A stretch of DNA of 64,000 nucleotides, from the NCBI GenBank assembly GCA_964016885.1, contig OZ024743.1, forward strand, positions 138,012,001 to 138,076,000. The letters are read 5' to 3'. This document shows, piece by piece, positions 33,801 through 47,451 of this stretch (positions within the stretch are counted from its first letter, which is position 1; every line of letters begins with the position of its first letter). Source of the DNA: Eledone cirrhosa. Lineage: Eukaryota. A model generated the notes under the pieces. It had not been told where the DNA came from. It did no database searches and was given only the letters and a program-made list of their open reading frames with translations. Both the position numbers and the translations under genes were made by a program.

Positions 33801-36800
33801 GGTGCTTGGTGCTTGCTGTTAGGTGTTTGGTGTTTGGTTCTTGGTGCTTGGTGTTTGGTGTTTGGTGTCTGGTGCTTGGTGCTTGCTGCTTGGTGTTTGG
33901 TGCTTGGTGCTTGGTGCTTGGTGTTTGGTGCTGCGTGCTTGGTGTTTGGTGTTTGGTGCTTGGTGCCTGGTGCTTGTTGTTTGGTGTTTGGTGCTTAGTG
34001 CTTGGTGTTTGGTGTTTGGTGCTTGGTGCTTGGTGGCTGGTGCTTGGTGCTTGGTGTTTGGAGTTTGGTGCTTGGTGCTTGGTGCCTGGTGTTTCGTGCT
34101 TGGTGCTTGGTGCTTGGTGTTTGGTGTTTGGTGATTGGTGTTTGGTGTTTGGTGCTGGGTGCATGGAGTTTGGTGCTTGGTGCTTAGTGCTTGGTGTTTG
34201 GTGTTTGGTGCTTGGTATTTGATGCTTGGTGTGTGGTGCTTGGTGCTTGGTGTTTTGTGTTTGGTGCTTGGTGCTTGGTGCCTGGTGCTTGGTGCTTGGT
34301 GCTTGTTGTTTGGTGCTTGGTGCTTGATGATTAGTGTTTGGTGCTTGGTGCTTGGTGTTTGGTGCTTGGTGTTTGGTGCTTGGTGCCTGGTGCTTGGTGT
34401 TTGGTGTTTGGTGCTTGGTGTTTGGTGCTTGGTGTTTGGTACTTGGTGTTCGGTGCTTGGTGCTTGGTGCTTGGTGTTTGATGTTTGGTCTGTGGTGCTT
34501 GGTGTTTGGTGTTGTGTGCTTGGTGCTTGGTGCTTTCTGTTTGGTTTTTGGTGCTTGGTGTTTGGTGTTTGCTGTTTGGTGTTTGCTGTTTGGTGTTTGG
34601 TGTTTGGTGCTTGCTGTTTGGTGCTTGGTGCTTGGTATTTGGTGTTTGGTGCTTGGTGTATGGTGCTTGGTGCTTGGTGCTGGGTGTTTGGTGCTTGGTG
34701 CTTGGTGTTTGGTGCTTGGTGCTTGGTGCTTGGTGCTTGGTGCTTGGTGCTTGGTGTTTGGTGCTTGCTGCTTGGTGCTTGGTGTTTGGTGCTTAGTGCT
34801 TGGTGATTAGTGTTTGGTGATTGGTGCTTGGGGTTTGGTGTTTGGGGCTTGGTGTTTGGTGCTTAGTGCTTGCTGTTTGGTGTTTGGTGTTTGGTTCTTG
34901 GTGCTTGGTGTTTGGTGTTTGGTGTTTGGTGGTTGGTGCTTGGTGCTTGGTGTTTGGTGCTTGGTGCTTGGTGCTTGGTGTTTGGTGCTGCGTGCTTGGT
35001 GTTTGGTGTTTGGTGCTTGTTGTTTGGTGTTTCGTGCTTAGTGCTTGGTGTTTGGTGTTTGGTGCTTGGTGCTTGGCGGCTGGTGTTTGGTGCTTGGTGT
35101 TTGGAGTTTGGTGCTTGGTGCTTGGTGCCTGGTGTTTCGTGCTTGGTGCTTGGTGCTTGGTGTTTGGTGTTTGGTGCTTGGTGTTTGGTGTTTGGTACTT
35201 GGTGCTTGGTGCTTGGTGCTTGGTGTTTGGTGCTTGGTGTTTGATGCTGCGTGCTTGGTGTTTGGTGTTTGGTGCTTGGTGCTTGGTGTTTGGTGTTTGG
35301 AGCTTGGTGCCTGGTGCTTGTTGTTTGGTGTTTGGCTCTTGGTGCTTGGTGTTTGGTGTTTGGTGCTTTGTGCTTCGTGTTTGGCATCTGGTGTTTGGTG
35401 CTTGATGTTTGGTGTTTGGTGCTTGGTGTTTGGTGTTTGGTGCTTGGTGCTTGGTGTTTGGTGCTTGGTGTTTGGTGTTTGGTGTTTGATGCTTGGTGTT
35501 TGCTGCTTGGTGCTTGGTGCTTGGTGTTTTGTGTTTGGTGCTTGGTGCTTGGTGCTTGGTGCCTGGTGCTTGGTGCTTGGTGCTTGTTGTTTGGTGCTTG
35601 GTGCTTGGTGATAAGTGTTTGGTGCTTGGTGCTTGCGGTTTGGTGTTTGGTGCTTGGGGTTTGGTGTTTGGTGCTTGGTGCTTGGTGTTTGGTGCTTGGT
35701 TCTTGGTGCTTGGTGTTTGGTGCTTGGTGCTTGGTGTTTGGTGCTTGGTGCTTGGTGTTTGGTGTTTGGCGTTTGCTGTTTGCTGTTTGGTGTTTGGTGC
35801 TTGCTGTTTGGTGCTTGGTGCTTGGTGTTTGGTGTTTGGTGTTTGGTGCTTGGTGCTTGGTGTTTGGTGCTTGGTGCTTGGTGCTGGGTGTTTGGTGCTT
35901 GGTGCTTGGTGTTTGGTGCTTGGTGCTTGGTGCTTGGTGTTTGGTCCTTGGTGCTTGCTCTTTGGTGCTTGGTTCTTGGTGCTTGGTGCGTGGTGTTTGG
36001 TGCTTGGTGCTTGGTGATTAGTGTTTGGTGATTGGTGCTTGGTGTTTGGTGTTTGGTGCTTTGTGCTTGGTGCTTGGTATCTGGTGTTTGGTGCTTGATG
36101 TTTGGTGTTTGGTGCTTGGTGTTTGGTGTTTGGTGCTTGGTGCTTGGTGTTTGGTGCTTGGTGCTTGCTGTTTGGTGTTTGGTGTTTGGTTCTTGGTGCT
36201 TGGTGTTTGGTGTTTGGTGTCTGGTGCTTGGTGCTTGGTGCTTGGTGTTTGGTGCTTGGTGCTTGGTGCTTGGTGTTTGGTGTTGCGTGCTTGGTGTTTG
36301 GTGTTTGGTGCTTGGTGCCTGGTGCTTGTTGTTTGGTGTTTGGTGCTTGGTGCTTGGTGTTTGGTGTTTGGTGCTGGGTGCATGGAGTTTGGTGCTTGGT
36401 GCTTGTGCTTGGTGTTTGGTGTTTGGTGCTTGGTATTTGGTGTTTGGTGTTTGATGCTTGGTGTGTGGTGCTTGGTGCTTGGTGTTTTGTGTTTGGTGTT
36501 TGGTGCTTGGTGCCTGGTGCTTGGTTCTTGGTGCTTGTTGTTTGGTGCTTGGTGCTTGGTGATTAGTGTTTGGTGCTTGGTGCTTGGTGTTTGGTGCTTG
36601 GTGTTTGGTGCTTGGTGCCTGGTGCTTGGTGTTTGGTGTTTGATGCTTGGTGTTTGGTGTTTGGTGTTTGGTACTTGGTGTTCGGTGCTTGGTGCTTGGT
36701 GCTTGGTGCTTGGTGTTTGGTGTTTGGTGCTTGGTGCTTGGTGTTTGATGTTTGGTCCTTGGTGCTTGGTGTTTGGTGTTGTGTGCTTGGTGCTTGGTGC

Positions 36801-39800
36801 TTGATGTTTGGTGCTTGGTGCTTGGTGCTTGGTGTTTGGCGTTTGCTGTTTGCTGTTTGGTGTTTGGTGTTTGCTGTTTGGTGTTTGCTGTTTGGTGTTT
36901 GGTGTTTGGTGCTTGCTGTTTGGTGCTTGGTGCTTGGTGTTTGGTGTTAGGTGCTTGGTGTTTGGTGCTTGGTGCTTGGTGCTGAGTGTTTGGTGCTTGG
37001 TGCTTGGTGTTTGGTGCTTGGTGATTGGTGCTTGGTGTTTGGTCCTTGGTGCTTGGTGCTTGGTCTTTGGTGCTTGGGTTTTGGTGTTTGGTGCTTGGTG
37101 CTTGGTGTTTGGTGCTTGGTGCTTGGTGCTTGGTGCTTGGTGTTTGGTGCTTGCTGCTTGGTGCTTGGTGTTTGGTGCTTGGTGCTTGGTGATTAGTGTT
37201 TGGTGCTTGGTGTTTGGTGCTTGGTGCTTGGTGTTTGGTGCTTGGTGCCTGGTGCTTGTTGTTTGGTGTTTGGTGCTTAGTGCTTGGTGTTTGGTGTTTG
37301 GTGCTTGGTGCTTGGTGGCTGGTGTTTGGTGCTTGGTGTTTGGAGTTTGGTGCTTGGTGCTTGGTGCCTGGTGTTTCGTGCTTGGTGCTTAGTGCTTGGT
37401 GTTTGGTGTTTGGTGCTTGGTGTTTAGTGTTTGGTACTTGGTGCTTGGTGCTTGGTGCTTGGTGTTTGGTGCTTGGTGTTTGATGCTGCGTGCTTGGTGT
37501 TTGGTGTTTGGTGCTTGGTGCTTGGTGTTTGGTGTTTGGAGCTTGGTGCCTGGTGCTTGTTGCTTGGTGTTTGGCGCTTGGTGCTTGGTTCCTGGTGTTT
37601 CGTGCTTGGTGCTTGGTGCTTGGTGTTTGGTGTTTGGTGCTTGGTGTTTGGTGTTTGGTACTTGGTGCTTGGTGCTTGGTGCTTGGTGTTTGGTGCTTGG
37701 TGTTTGATGCTGCGTGCTTGGTGTTTGGTGTTTGGTGCTTGGTGCTTGGTGTTTGGTGTTTGGAGCTTGGTGACTGGTGCTTGTTGCTTGGTGTTTGGCG
37801 CTTGGTGCTTGGTGTTTGGTGTTTGGTGCTTGGTGCTTGGTGCTTGGTATCTGGTGTTTGGTGCTTGATGTTTGGTGTTTGGTGCTTGGTGTTTGGTGTT
37901 TGGTGCTTGGTGCTTGGTGTTTGGTGCTTGGTGCTTGGTGTTTTGTGTTTGGTGCTTGGTGCTTGGTGCCTGGTGCTTGGTGCTTGGTGCTTGTTGTTTG
38001 GTGCTTGGTGCTTGGTGATTAGTGTTTGGTGCTTGGTGCTTGCGGTTTGGTGTTTGGTGCTTGGGGTTTGGTGCTTGGTGCTTGGTGCTTGGTGTTTGGT
38101 GCTTGGTGCTTGGTGTTTGGTGCTTGGTGCCTGGTGTTTGGTGTTTGGCGTTTGCTGTTTGCTGTTTGGTGTTTGGTGCTTGCTGCTTGGTGCTTGGTGC
38201 ATGGTGTTTGGTGTTTGGTGTTTTTTGCTTGGTGCTTGGTGTTTGGTGCTTGGTGCTTGGTGCTGGGTGTTTGGTGCTTGGTGCTTGGTGTTTGGTGCTT
38301 GGTGCTTGGTGCTTGGTGTTTGGTTCTTGGTGCTTGGTGCTTGGTATTTGGTGCTTGGGTTTTGGTGTTTGGTGCCTGGTGCTTGGTGTTTGGTGCTTGG
38401 TCTTGGTGCTTGGTGCTTGGTGTTTGGTGATTGCTGCTTGGTGCTTGCTGTTTGGTACTTGGTGCTTGGTGATTAGTGTTTGGTGATTGGTGCTTGGGGT
38501 TTGCTGTTTGGTGCTTGGTGTTTGGTGCTTGGTGCTTGCTGTTAGGTGTTTGGTGTTTGGTTCTTGGTGCTTGGTGTTTGGTGTTTGGTGTCTGGTGCTT
38601 GGTGCTTGGTGCTTGGTGTTTGGTGCTTGGTGCTTGGTGCTTGGTGTTTGGTGCTGCGTGCTTGGTGTTTGGTGTTTGGTGCTTGGTGCCTGGTGCTTGT
38701 TGTTTGGTGTTTGGTGCTTAGTGCTTGGTGTTTGGTGTTTGGTACTTGGTGTTTGGTGGCTGGTGCTTGGTGCTTGGTGTTTGGAGTTTGGTGCTTGGTG
38801 CTTGGTGCCTGGTGTTTCGTGCTTGGTGCTTGGTGCTTGGTGTTTGGTGTTTGGGGATTGGTGTTTGGTGTTTGGTGCTGGGTGCATGGAGTTTGGTGCT
38901 TGGTGCTTAGTGCTTGGTGTTTGGTGTTTGGTGCTTGGTATTTGATGCTTGGTGTGTGGTGCTTGGTGCTTGGTGTTTTGTGTTTGGTGCTTGGTGCTTG
39001 GTGCCTGGTGCTTGGTGCTTGGTGCTTGTTGTTTGGTGCTTGGTGCTTGATGATTAGTGTTTTGTGTTTGGTGCTTGGTGCTTGGTGCCTGGTGCTTGGT
39101 GCTTGGTGCTTGTTGTTTGGTTCTTGGTGCTTGGTGATTAGTGTTTGGTGCTTGGTGCTTGCTGATTGGTGTTTGGTGTTCGGTTCTTGGTGCTTGGTGT
39201 ATGGTGTTTAGTGTCTGGTGCTTGGTGCTTGGTGCTTGGTGTTTGGTGCTTGGTGCTTGGTGCTTGGTGTTTGGTGCTTAGTGCTTGGTGTTTGGTGTTT
39301 GGTGCTTGGTGCTTGGTGGCTGGTGCTTGGTGCTTGGTGTTTGGAGTTTGGTGCTTGGTGCTTGGTGCCTGGTGTTTCGTGCTTGGTGCTTGGTGCTTGG
39401 TGTTTGGTGTTTGGTGCTTGGTGTTTGGTGTTTGGAGCTTGGTGCTTGGTGTTTGGTGTTTGGTGCTTGGTGTTTGGTGCTTGGTGCTTGGTGCTTGGTG
39501 CTTGGTTTTTGGTCCTTGGTGCTTGGTGCTTGGTCTTTGGTGCTTGGGTTTTGGTGTTTGGTGCTTGGTGCTTGGTGTTTGGTGCTTGGTGCTTGGTGCT
39601 TGGTGCTTGGTGTTTGGTGGTTGGTGCTTGGTGTTTGGTGTTTGGTGCTGGGTGCATGGAGTTTGGTGCTTGGTGCTTGTGCTTGGTGTTTGGTGTTTGG
39701 TGCTTGGTATTTGGTGTTTGGTGTTTGATGCTTGGTTTGTGGTGCTTGGTGCTTGGTGTTTTGTGTTTGGTGCTTGGTGCTTGGTGTTTGATGTTTGGTC

Positions 39801-42800
39801 CTTGGTGCTTGGTGTTTGGTGATTGGTGCTTGGTGCCTGGTGCTTGGTGCTTGGTGCTTGTTGTTTGGTGCTTGGTGCTTGGTGATTAGTGTTTGGTGCT
39901 TGGTGCTTGGTGTTTGGTGCTTGGTGTTTGGTGCTTGGTGCCTGGTGCTTGGTGTTTGTTGTTTTTTGCTTGGTGTTTGGTGTTTGGTACTTGGTGTTCG
40001 GTGCTTGGTGCTTGGTGCTTGGTGCTTGGTGTATGGTGTTTGGTGCTTGGTGCTTGGTGTTTGATGTTTGGTCTTTGGTGCTTGGTGTTTGGTGTTGTGT
40101 GCTTGGTGCTTGGTGCTTGATGTTTGGTGCTTGGTACTTGGTGCTTGGTGTTTGGCGTTTGCTGTTTGCTGTTTGGTGTTTGGTGTTTGCTGTTTGGTGT
40201 TTGCTGTTTGGTGTTTGGTGTTTGGTGCTTGCTGTTTGGTGCTTGGTGCTTGGTGTTTGGTGTTAGGTGCTTGGTGTTTGGTGCTTGGTGCTTGGTGCTG
40301 AGTGTTTGGTGCTTGGTGCTTGGTGTTTGGTGTTTGGTGATTGGTGCTTGGTGTTTGGTCCTTGGTGCTTGGTGCTTGGTCTTTGGTGCTTGGGTTTTGG
40401 TGTTTGGTGCTTGGTGCTTGGTGTTTGGTGCTTGGTGCTTGGTGCTTGGTGCTTGGTGTTTGGTGCTTGCTGCTTGGTGCTTGGTGTTTGGTGCTTGGTG
40501 CTTGGTGATTAGTGTTTGGTGATTGGTGCTTGGGGTTTGGTGTTTGGGGCTTGGTGTTTGGTGCTTAGTGCTTGCTGTTTGGTGTTTGGTGTTTGGTTCT
40601 TGGTGCTTGGTGTTTGGTGTTTGGTGTTTGGTGCTTGGTGCTTGGTGCTTGGTGTTTGGTGCTTGGTGCTTGGTGTTTGGTGCTTGGTGCCTGGTGCTTG
40701 TTGTTTGGTGTTTGGTGCTTAGTGCTTGGTGTTTGGTGTTTGGTGCTTGGTGTTTGGTGGCTGGTGTTTGGTGCTTGGTGTTTGGAGTTTGGTGCTTGGT
40801 GCTTGGTGCCTGGTGTTTCGTGCTTGGTGCTTGGTGCTTGGTGTTTGGTGTTTGGTGCTTGGTGTTTGGTGTTTGGTACTTGGTGCTTGGTGCTTGGTGC
40901 TTGGTGTTTGGTGCTTGGTGTTTGATGCTGCGTGCTTGGTGTTTGGTGTTTGGTGCTTGGTGCTTGGTGTTTGGTGTTTGGAGCTTGGTGCCTGGTGCTT
41001 GTTGCTTGGTGTTTGGCGCTTGGTGCTTGGTGCCTGGTGTTTCGTGCTTGGTGCTTGGTGCTTGGTGTTTGGTGTTTGGTGCTTGGTGTTTGGTGTTTGG
41101 TACTTGGTGCTTGGTGCTTGGTGCTTGGTGTTTGGTGCTTGGTGTTTGATGCTGCGTGCTTGGTGTTTGGTGTTTGGTGCTTGGTGCTTGGTGTTTGGTG
41201 TTTGGAGCTTGGTGCCTGGTGCTTGTTGCTTGGTGTTTGGCGCTTGGTGCTTGGTGTTTGGTGTTTGGTGCTTGGTGCTTGGTGCTTGGTATCTGGTGTT
41301 TGGTGCTTGATGTTTGGTGTTTGGTGCTTGGTGTTTGGTGTTTGGTGCTTGGTGCTTGGTGTTTGGTGCTTGGTGCTTGGTGTTTTGTGTTTGGTGCTTG
41401 GTGCTTGGTGCCTGGTGCTTGGTGCTTGGTGCTTGTTGTTTGGTGCTTGGTGCTTGGTGATTAGTGTTTGGTGCTTGGTGCTTGCGGTTTGGTGTTTGGT
41501 GCTTGGGGTTTGGTGCTTGGTGCTTGGTGCTTGGTGTTTGGTGCTTGGTGCTTGGTGTTTGGTGCTTGGTGCCTGGTGTTTGGTGTTTGGCGTTTGCTGT
41601 TTGCTGTTTGGTGTTTGGTGCTTGCTGTTTGGTGCTTGGTGCATGGTGTTTGGTGTTTGGTGTTTTGTGCTTGGTGCTTGGTGTTTGGTGCTTGGTGCTT
41701 GGTGCTGGGTGTTTGGTGCTTGGTGCTTGGTGTTTGGTGCTTGGTGCTTGGTGCTTGGTGTTTGGTCCTTGGTGCTTGGTGCTTGGTATTTGGTGCTTGG
41801 GTTTTGGTGTTTGGTGCTTGGTGCTTGGTGTTTGGTGCTTGGTTCTTGGTGCTTGGTGCTTGGTGTTTGGTGATTGCTGCTTGGTGCTTGGTGTTTGGTA
41901 CTTGGTGCTTGGTGATTAGTGTTTGGTGATTGGTGCTTGGGGTTTGCTGTTTGGTGCTTGGTGTTTGGTGCTTGGTGCTTGCTGTTAGGTGTTTGGTGTT
42001 TGGTTCTTGGTGCTTGGTGTTTGGTGTTTCGTGTCTGGTGCTTGGTGCTTGCTGCTTGGTGTTTGGTGCTTGGTGCTTGGTGCTTGGTGTTTGGTGCTGC
42101 GTGCTTGGTGTTTGGTGTTTGGTGCTTGGTGCCTGGTGCTTGTTGTTTGGTGTTTGGTGCTTAGTGCTTGGTGTTTGGTGTATGGTGCTTGGTGCTTGGT
42201 GGCTGGTGCTTGGTGCTTGGTGTTTGGAGTTTGGTGCTTGGTGCTTGGTGCCTGGTGTTTCGTGCTTGGTGCTTGGTGCTTGGTGTTTAGGTGTTTGGTG
42301 ATTGGTGTTTGGTGTTTGGTGCTGGGTGCATGGAGTTTGGTGCTTGGTGCTTAGTGCTTGGTGTTTGGTGTTTGGTGCTTGGTATTTGATGCTTGGTGTG
42401 TGGTGCTTGGTGCTTGGTGTTTTGTGTTTGGTGCTTGGTGCTTGGTGCCTGGTGCTTGGTGCTTGGTGCTTGTTGTTTGGTGCTTGGTGCTTGATGATTA
42501 GTGTTTGGTGCTTGGTGCTTGGTGTTTGGTGCTTGGTGTTTGGTGCTTGGTGCCTGGTGCTTGGTGTTTGGTGTTTGGTGCTTGGTGTTTGGTGCTTGGT
42601 GTTTGGTACTTGGTGTTCGGTGCTTGGTGCTTGGTGCTTGGTGTTTGATGTTTGGTCCGTGGTGCTTGGTGTTTGGTGTTGTGTGCTTGGTGCTTGGTGC
42701 TTGCTGTTTGGTTTTTGGTGCTTGGTGTTTGGTGTTTGCTGTTTGGTGTTTGCTGTTTGGTGTTTGGTGTTTGGTGCTTGCTGTTTGGTGCTTGGTGCTT

Positions 42801-45800
42801 GGTATTTGGTGTTTGGTGCTTGGTGTATGGTGCTTGGTGCTTGGTGCTGGGTGTTTGGTGCTTGGTGCTTGGTGTTTGGTGCTTGGTGCTTGGTGCTTGG
42901 TGCTTGGTGTTTGGTGCTTGGTGCTTGGTCTTTGGTGCTTGGGTTTTGGTGTTTGGTGCTTGGTGCTTGGTGTTTGGTGCTTGGTGCTTGGTGCTTGGTG
43001 TTTGGTGCTTGCTGCTTGGTGCTTGGTGTTTGGTGCTTAGTGCTTGGTGATTAGTGTTTGGTGATTGGTGCTTGGGGTTTGGTGTTTGGGGCTTGGTGTT
43101 TGGTGCTTAGTGCTTGCTGTTTGGTGTTTGGTGTTTGGTTCTTGGTGCTTGGTGTTTGGTGTTTGGTGTTTGGTGGTTGGTGCTTGGTGCTTGGTGTTTG
43201 GTGCTTGGTGCTTGGTGCTTGGTGTTTGGTGCTGCGTGCTTGGTGTTTGGTGTTTGGTGCTTGGTGCCTGGTGCTTGTTGTTTGGTGTTTCGTGCTTAGT
43301 GCTTGGTGTTTGGTGTTTGGTGCTTGGTGCTTGGTGGCTGGTGTTTGGTGCTTGGTGTTTGGAGTTTGGTGCTTGGTGCTTGGTGCCTGGTGTTTCGTGC
43401 TTGGTGCTTGGTGCTTGGTGTTTGGTGTTTGGTACTTGGTGCTTGGTGCTTGGTGCTTGGTGTTTGGTGCTTGGTGTTTGATGCTGCGTGCTTGGTGTTT
43501 GGTGTTTGGTGCTTGGTGCTTGGTGTTTGGTGTTTGGAGCTTGGTGCCTGGTGCTTGTTGTTTGGTGTTTGGCTCTTGGTGCTTGGTGTTTGGTGTTTGG
43601 TGCTTTGTGCTTGGTGTTTGGTATCTGGTGTTTGGTGCTTGATGTTTGGTGTTTGGTGCTTGGTGTTTGGTGTTTGGTGCTTGGTGCTTGGTGTTTGGTG
43701 CTTGGTGTTTGGTGTTTGGTGTTTGATGCTTGGTGTTTGCTGCTTGGTGCTTGGTGCTTGGTGTTTTGTGTTTGGTGCTTGGTGCTTGGTGCTTGGTGCC
43801 TGGTGCTTGGTGCTTGGTGCTTGTTGTTTGGTGCTTGGTGCTTGGTGATAAGTGTTTGGTGCTTGGTGCTTGCGGTTTGGTGTTTGGTGCTTGGGGTTTG
43901 GTGTTTGGTGCTTGGTGCTTGGTGTTTGGTGCTTGGTGCTTGGTGCTTGGTGTTTGGTGCTTGGTGCTTGGTGTTTCGTGCTTGGTGCTTGGTGTTTGGT
44001 GTTTGGCGTTTGCTGTTTGCTGTTTGGTGTTTGGTGCTTGCTGTTTGGTGCTTGGTGCTTGGTGTTTGGTGTTTGGTGTTTGGTGCTTGGTGCCTGGTGT
44101 TTGGTGCTTGGTGCTTGGTGCTGGGTGTTTGGTGCTTGATGCTTGGTGTTTGGTGCTTGGTGCTTGGTGCTTGGTGTTTGGTCCTTGGTGCTTGCTGTTT
44201 GGTGCTTGGTTCTTGGTGCTTGGTGTGTGGTGTTTGGTGATTGCTGCTTGGTGCTTGGTGTTTGGTGCTTGGTGCTTGGTGATTAGTGTTTGGTGATTGG
44301 TGCTTGGTGTTTGGTGTTTGGTGCTTTGTGCTTGGTGCTTGGTATCTGGTGTTTGGTGCTTGATGTTTGGTGTTTGGTGCTTGGTGTTTGGTGTTTGGTG
44401 CTTGGTGCTTGGTGTTTGGTGCTTGGTGCTTGCTGTTTGGTGTTTGGTGTTTGGTTCTTGGTGCTTGGTGTTTGGTGTTTGGTGTCTGGTGCTTGGTGCT
44501 TGGTGCTTGGTGTTTGGTGCTTGGTGCTTGGTGCTTGGTGTTTGGTGCTGCGTGCTTGGTGTTTGGTGTTTGGTGCTTGGTGCCTGGTGCTTGTTGTTTG
44601 GTGTTTGGTGCTTGGTGCTTGGTGTTTGGTGTTTGGTGCTGGGTGCATGGAGTTTGGTGCTTGGTGCTTGTGCTTGGTGTTTGGTGTTTGGTGCTTGGTA
44701 TTTGGTGTTTGGTGTTTGATGCTTGGTGTGTGGTGCTTGGTGCTTGGTGTTTTGTGTTTGGTGCTTGGTGCTTGGTGGCTGGTGCTTGGTTCTTGGTGCT
44801 TGTTGTTTGGTGCTTGGTGCTTGGTGATTAGTGTTTGGTGCTTGGTGCTTGGTGTTTGGTGCTTGGTGTTTGGTGCTTGGTGCCTGGTGCTTGGTGTTTG
44901 GTGTTTGATGCTTGGTGTTTGGTGTTTGGTGTTTGGTACTTGGTGTTCGGTGCTTGGTGCTTGGTGCTTGGTGCTTGGTGTTTGGTGTTTGGTGCTTGGT
45001 GCTTGGTGTTTGATGTTTGGTCCTTGGTGCTTGGTGTTTGGTGTTGTGTGCTTGGTGCTTGGTGCTTGATGTTTGGTGCTTGGTGCTTGGTGCTTGGTGT
45101 TTGGCGTTTGCTGTTTGCTGTTTGGTGTTTGGTGTTTGCTGTTTGGTGTTTGCTGTTTGGTGTTTGGTGTTTGGTGCTTGCTGCTTGGTGCTTGGTGCTT
45201 GGTGTTTGGTGTTAGGTGCTTGGTGTTTGGTGCTTGGTGCTTGGTGCTGAGTGTTTGGTGCTTGGTGCTTGGTGTTTGGTGCTTGGTGATTGGTGCTTGG
45301 TGCTTGGTCCTTGGTGCTTGGTGCTTGGTCTTTGGTGCTTGGGTTTTGGTGTTTGGTGCTTGGTGCTTGGTGTTTGGTGCTTGGTGCTTGGTGCTTGGTG
45401 CTTGGTGTTTGGTGCTTGCTGCTTGGTGCTTGGTGTTTGGTGCTTGGTGCTTGGTGATTAGTGTTTGGTGATTGGTGCTTGGGGTTTGGTGTTTGGGGCT
45501 TGGTGTTTGGTGCTTAGTGCTTGCTGTTTGGTGTTTGGTGTTTGGTTCTTGGTGCTTGGTGTTTGGTGTTTGGTGTTTGGTGCTTGGTGCTTGGTGCTTG
45601 GTGTTTGGTGCTTGGTACTTGGTGTTTGGTGCTTGGTGCCTAGTGCTTGTTGTTTGGTGTTTGGTGCTTAGTGCTTGGTGTTTGGTGTTTGGTGCTTGGT
45701 GCTTGGTGGCTGGTGTTTGGTGCTTGGTGTTTGGAGTTTGGTGCTTGGTGCTTGGTGTCTGGTGTTTCGTGCTTGGTGCTTGGTGCTTGGTGTTTGGTGT

Positions 45801-47451
45801 TTGGTGCTTGGTGTTTGGTGTTTGGTACTTGGTGCTTGGTGCTTGGTGCTTGGTTTTTGGTGCTTGGTGTTTGATGCTGCGTGCTTGGTGTTTGGTGTTT
45901 GGTGCTTGGTGCTTGGTGTTTGGTGTTTGGAGCTTGGTGCCTGGTGCTTGTTGCTTGGTGTTTGGCGCTTGGTGCTTGGTTCCTGGTGTTTCGTGCTTGG
46001 TGCTTGGTGCTTGGTGTTTGGTGTTTGGTGCTTGGTGTTTGGTGTTTGGTACTTGGTGCTTGGTGCTTGGTGCTTGGTGTTTGGTGCTTGGTGTTTGATG
46101 CTGCGTGCTTGGTGTTTGGTGTTTGGTGCTTGGTGCTTGGTGTTTGGTGTTTGGAGCTTGGTGCCTGGTGCTTGTTGCTTGGTGTTTGGCGCTTGGTGCT
46201 TGGTGTTTGTTGTTTGGTGCTTGGTGCTTGGTGCTTGGTATCTGGTGTTTGGTGCTTGATGTTTGGTGATTGGTGCTTGGTGTTTGGTGTTTGGTGCTTG
46301 GTGCTTGGTGTTTGGTGCTTGGTGCTTGGTGTTTTGTGTTTGGTGCTTGGTGCTTGGTGCCTGGTGCTTGGTGCCTGGTGCTTGTTGTTTGGTGCTTGGT
46401 GCTTGGTGATTAGTGTTTGGTGCTTGGTGCTTGCGGTTTGGTGTTTGATGCTTGGGGTTTGGTGCTTGGTGCTTGGTGCTTGGTGTTTGGTGCTTGGTGC
46501 TTGGTGTTTGGTGCTTGGTGCCTGGTGTTTGGTGTTTGGCGTTTGCTGTTTGCTGTTTGGTGTTTGGTGCTTGCTGCTTGGTGCTTGGTGCATGGTGTTT
46601 GGTGTTTGGTGTTTTGTGCTTGGTGCTTGGTGTTTGGTGCTTGGTGCTTGGTGCTGGGTGTTTGGTGCTTGGTGCTTGGTGTTTGGTGCTTGGTGCTTGG
46701 TGCTTGGTGTTTGGTCCTTGGTGCTTGGTGCTTGGTATTTGGTGCTTGGGTTTTGGTGTTTGGTGCTTGGTGCTTGGTGTTTGGTGCTTGGTCTTGGTGC
46801 TTGGTGCTTGGTGTTTGGTGATTGCTGCTTGGTGCTTGGTGTTTGGTACTTGGTGCTTGGTGATTAGTGTTTGGTGATTGGTGCTTGGGGTTTGCTGTTT
46901 GGTGCTTGGTGTTTGGTGCTTGGTGCTTGCTGTTAGGTGTTTGGTGTTTGGTTCTTGGTGCTTGGTGTTTGGTGTTTGGTGTCTGGTGCTTGGTGCTTGG
47001 TGCTTGGTGTTTGGTGCTTGGTGCTTGGTGCTTGGTGTTTGGTGCTGCGTGCTTGGTGTTTGGTGTTTGGTGCTTGGTGCCTGGTGCTTGTTGTTTGGTG
47101 TTTGGTGCTTAGTGCTTGGTGTTTGGTGTTTGGTGCTTGGTGCTTGGTGGCTGGTGGTTGGTTCTTGGTGTTTGGAGTTTGGTGCTTGGTGCTTGGTGCC
47201 TGGTGTTTCGTGCTTGGTGCTTGGTGCTTGGTGTTTGGTGTTTGGGGATTGGTGTTTGGTGTTTGGTGCTGGGTGCATGGAGTTTGGTGCTTGGTGCTTA
47301 GTGCTTGGTGTTTGGTGTTTGGTGCTTGGTATTTGATGCTTGGTGTGTGGTGCTTGGTGCTTGGTGTTTTGTGTTTGGTGCTTGGTGCTTGGTGCCTGGT
47401 GCTTGGTGCTTGGTGCTTGTTGTTTGGTGCTTGGTGCTTGATGATTAGTGT
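30867..47451 (+). repeat. ~8.2-8.4 kb tandem duplication: ~30867-39060 and ~39061-47451
   Basis: Marker ttgctga...tcggttc...atggtgt-ttagtgt-ctggtgc at 30965 and 39159 (8194). ORF pairs 31993/40068, 33298/41464, 35251/43488, 36570/44835 and 38476/46867 (offsets 8075-8391). A shared 6-bp unit ttggtc occurs at 38397 and 46788. Confidence 0.9.
40800..41250 (+). repeat. Local 224-bp (32-unit) tandem duplication, also present near 32.7-33.1, 37.4-37.8 and 45.7-46.2 kb
   Basis: The ttgatgc-tgcgtgc landmark recurs at +224 in four places (ORF ends 32759/32983, 37483/37707, 40925/41149, 45874/46098). Confidence 0.85.

Noticed and set aside
35038-38202. 1054-aa minus-strand ORF as a mucin-like or Pol II CTD-like heptad protein gene
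   Set aside because: It has no non-repetitive domain, signal peptide or codon-position bias. The DNA period is 7, not 21, and parallel frames are equally open. The heptad does not match YSPTSPS.
47150-47157. E. coli Chi sequence GCTGGTGG
   Set aside because: It is a single occurrence made by one substitution in a GGTG-rich repeat, as expected by chance.
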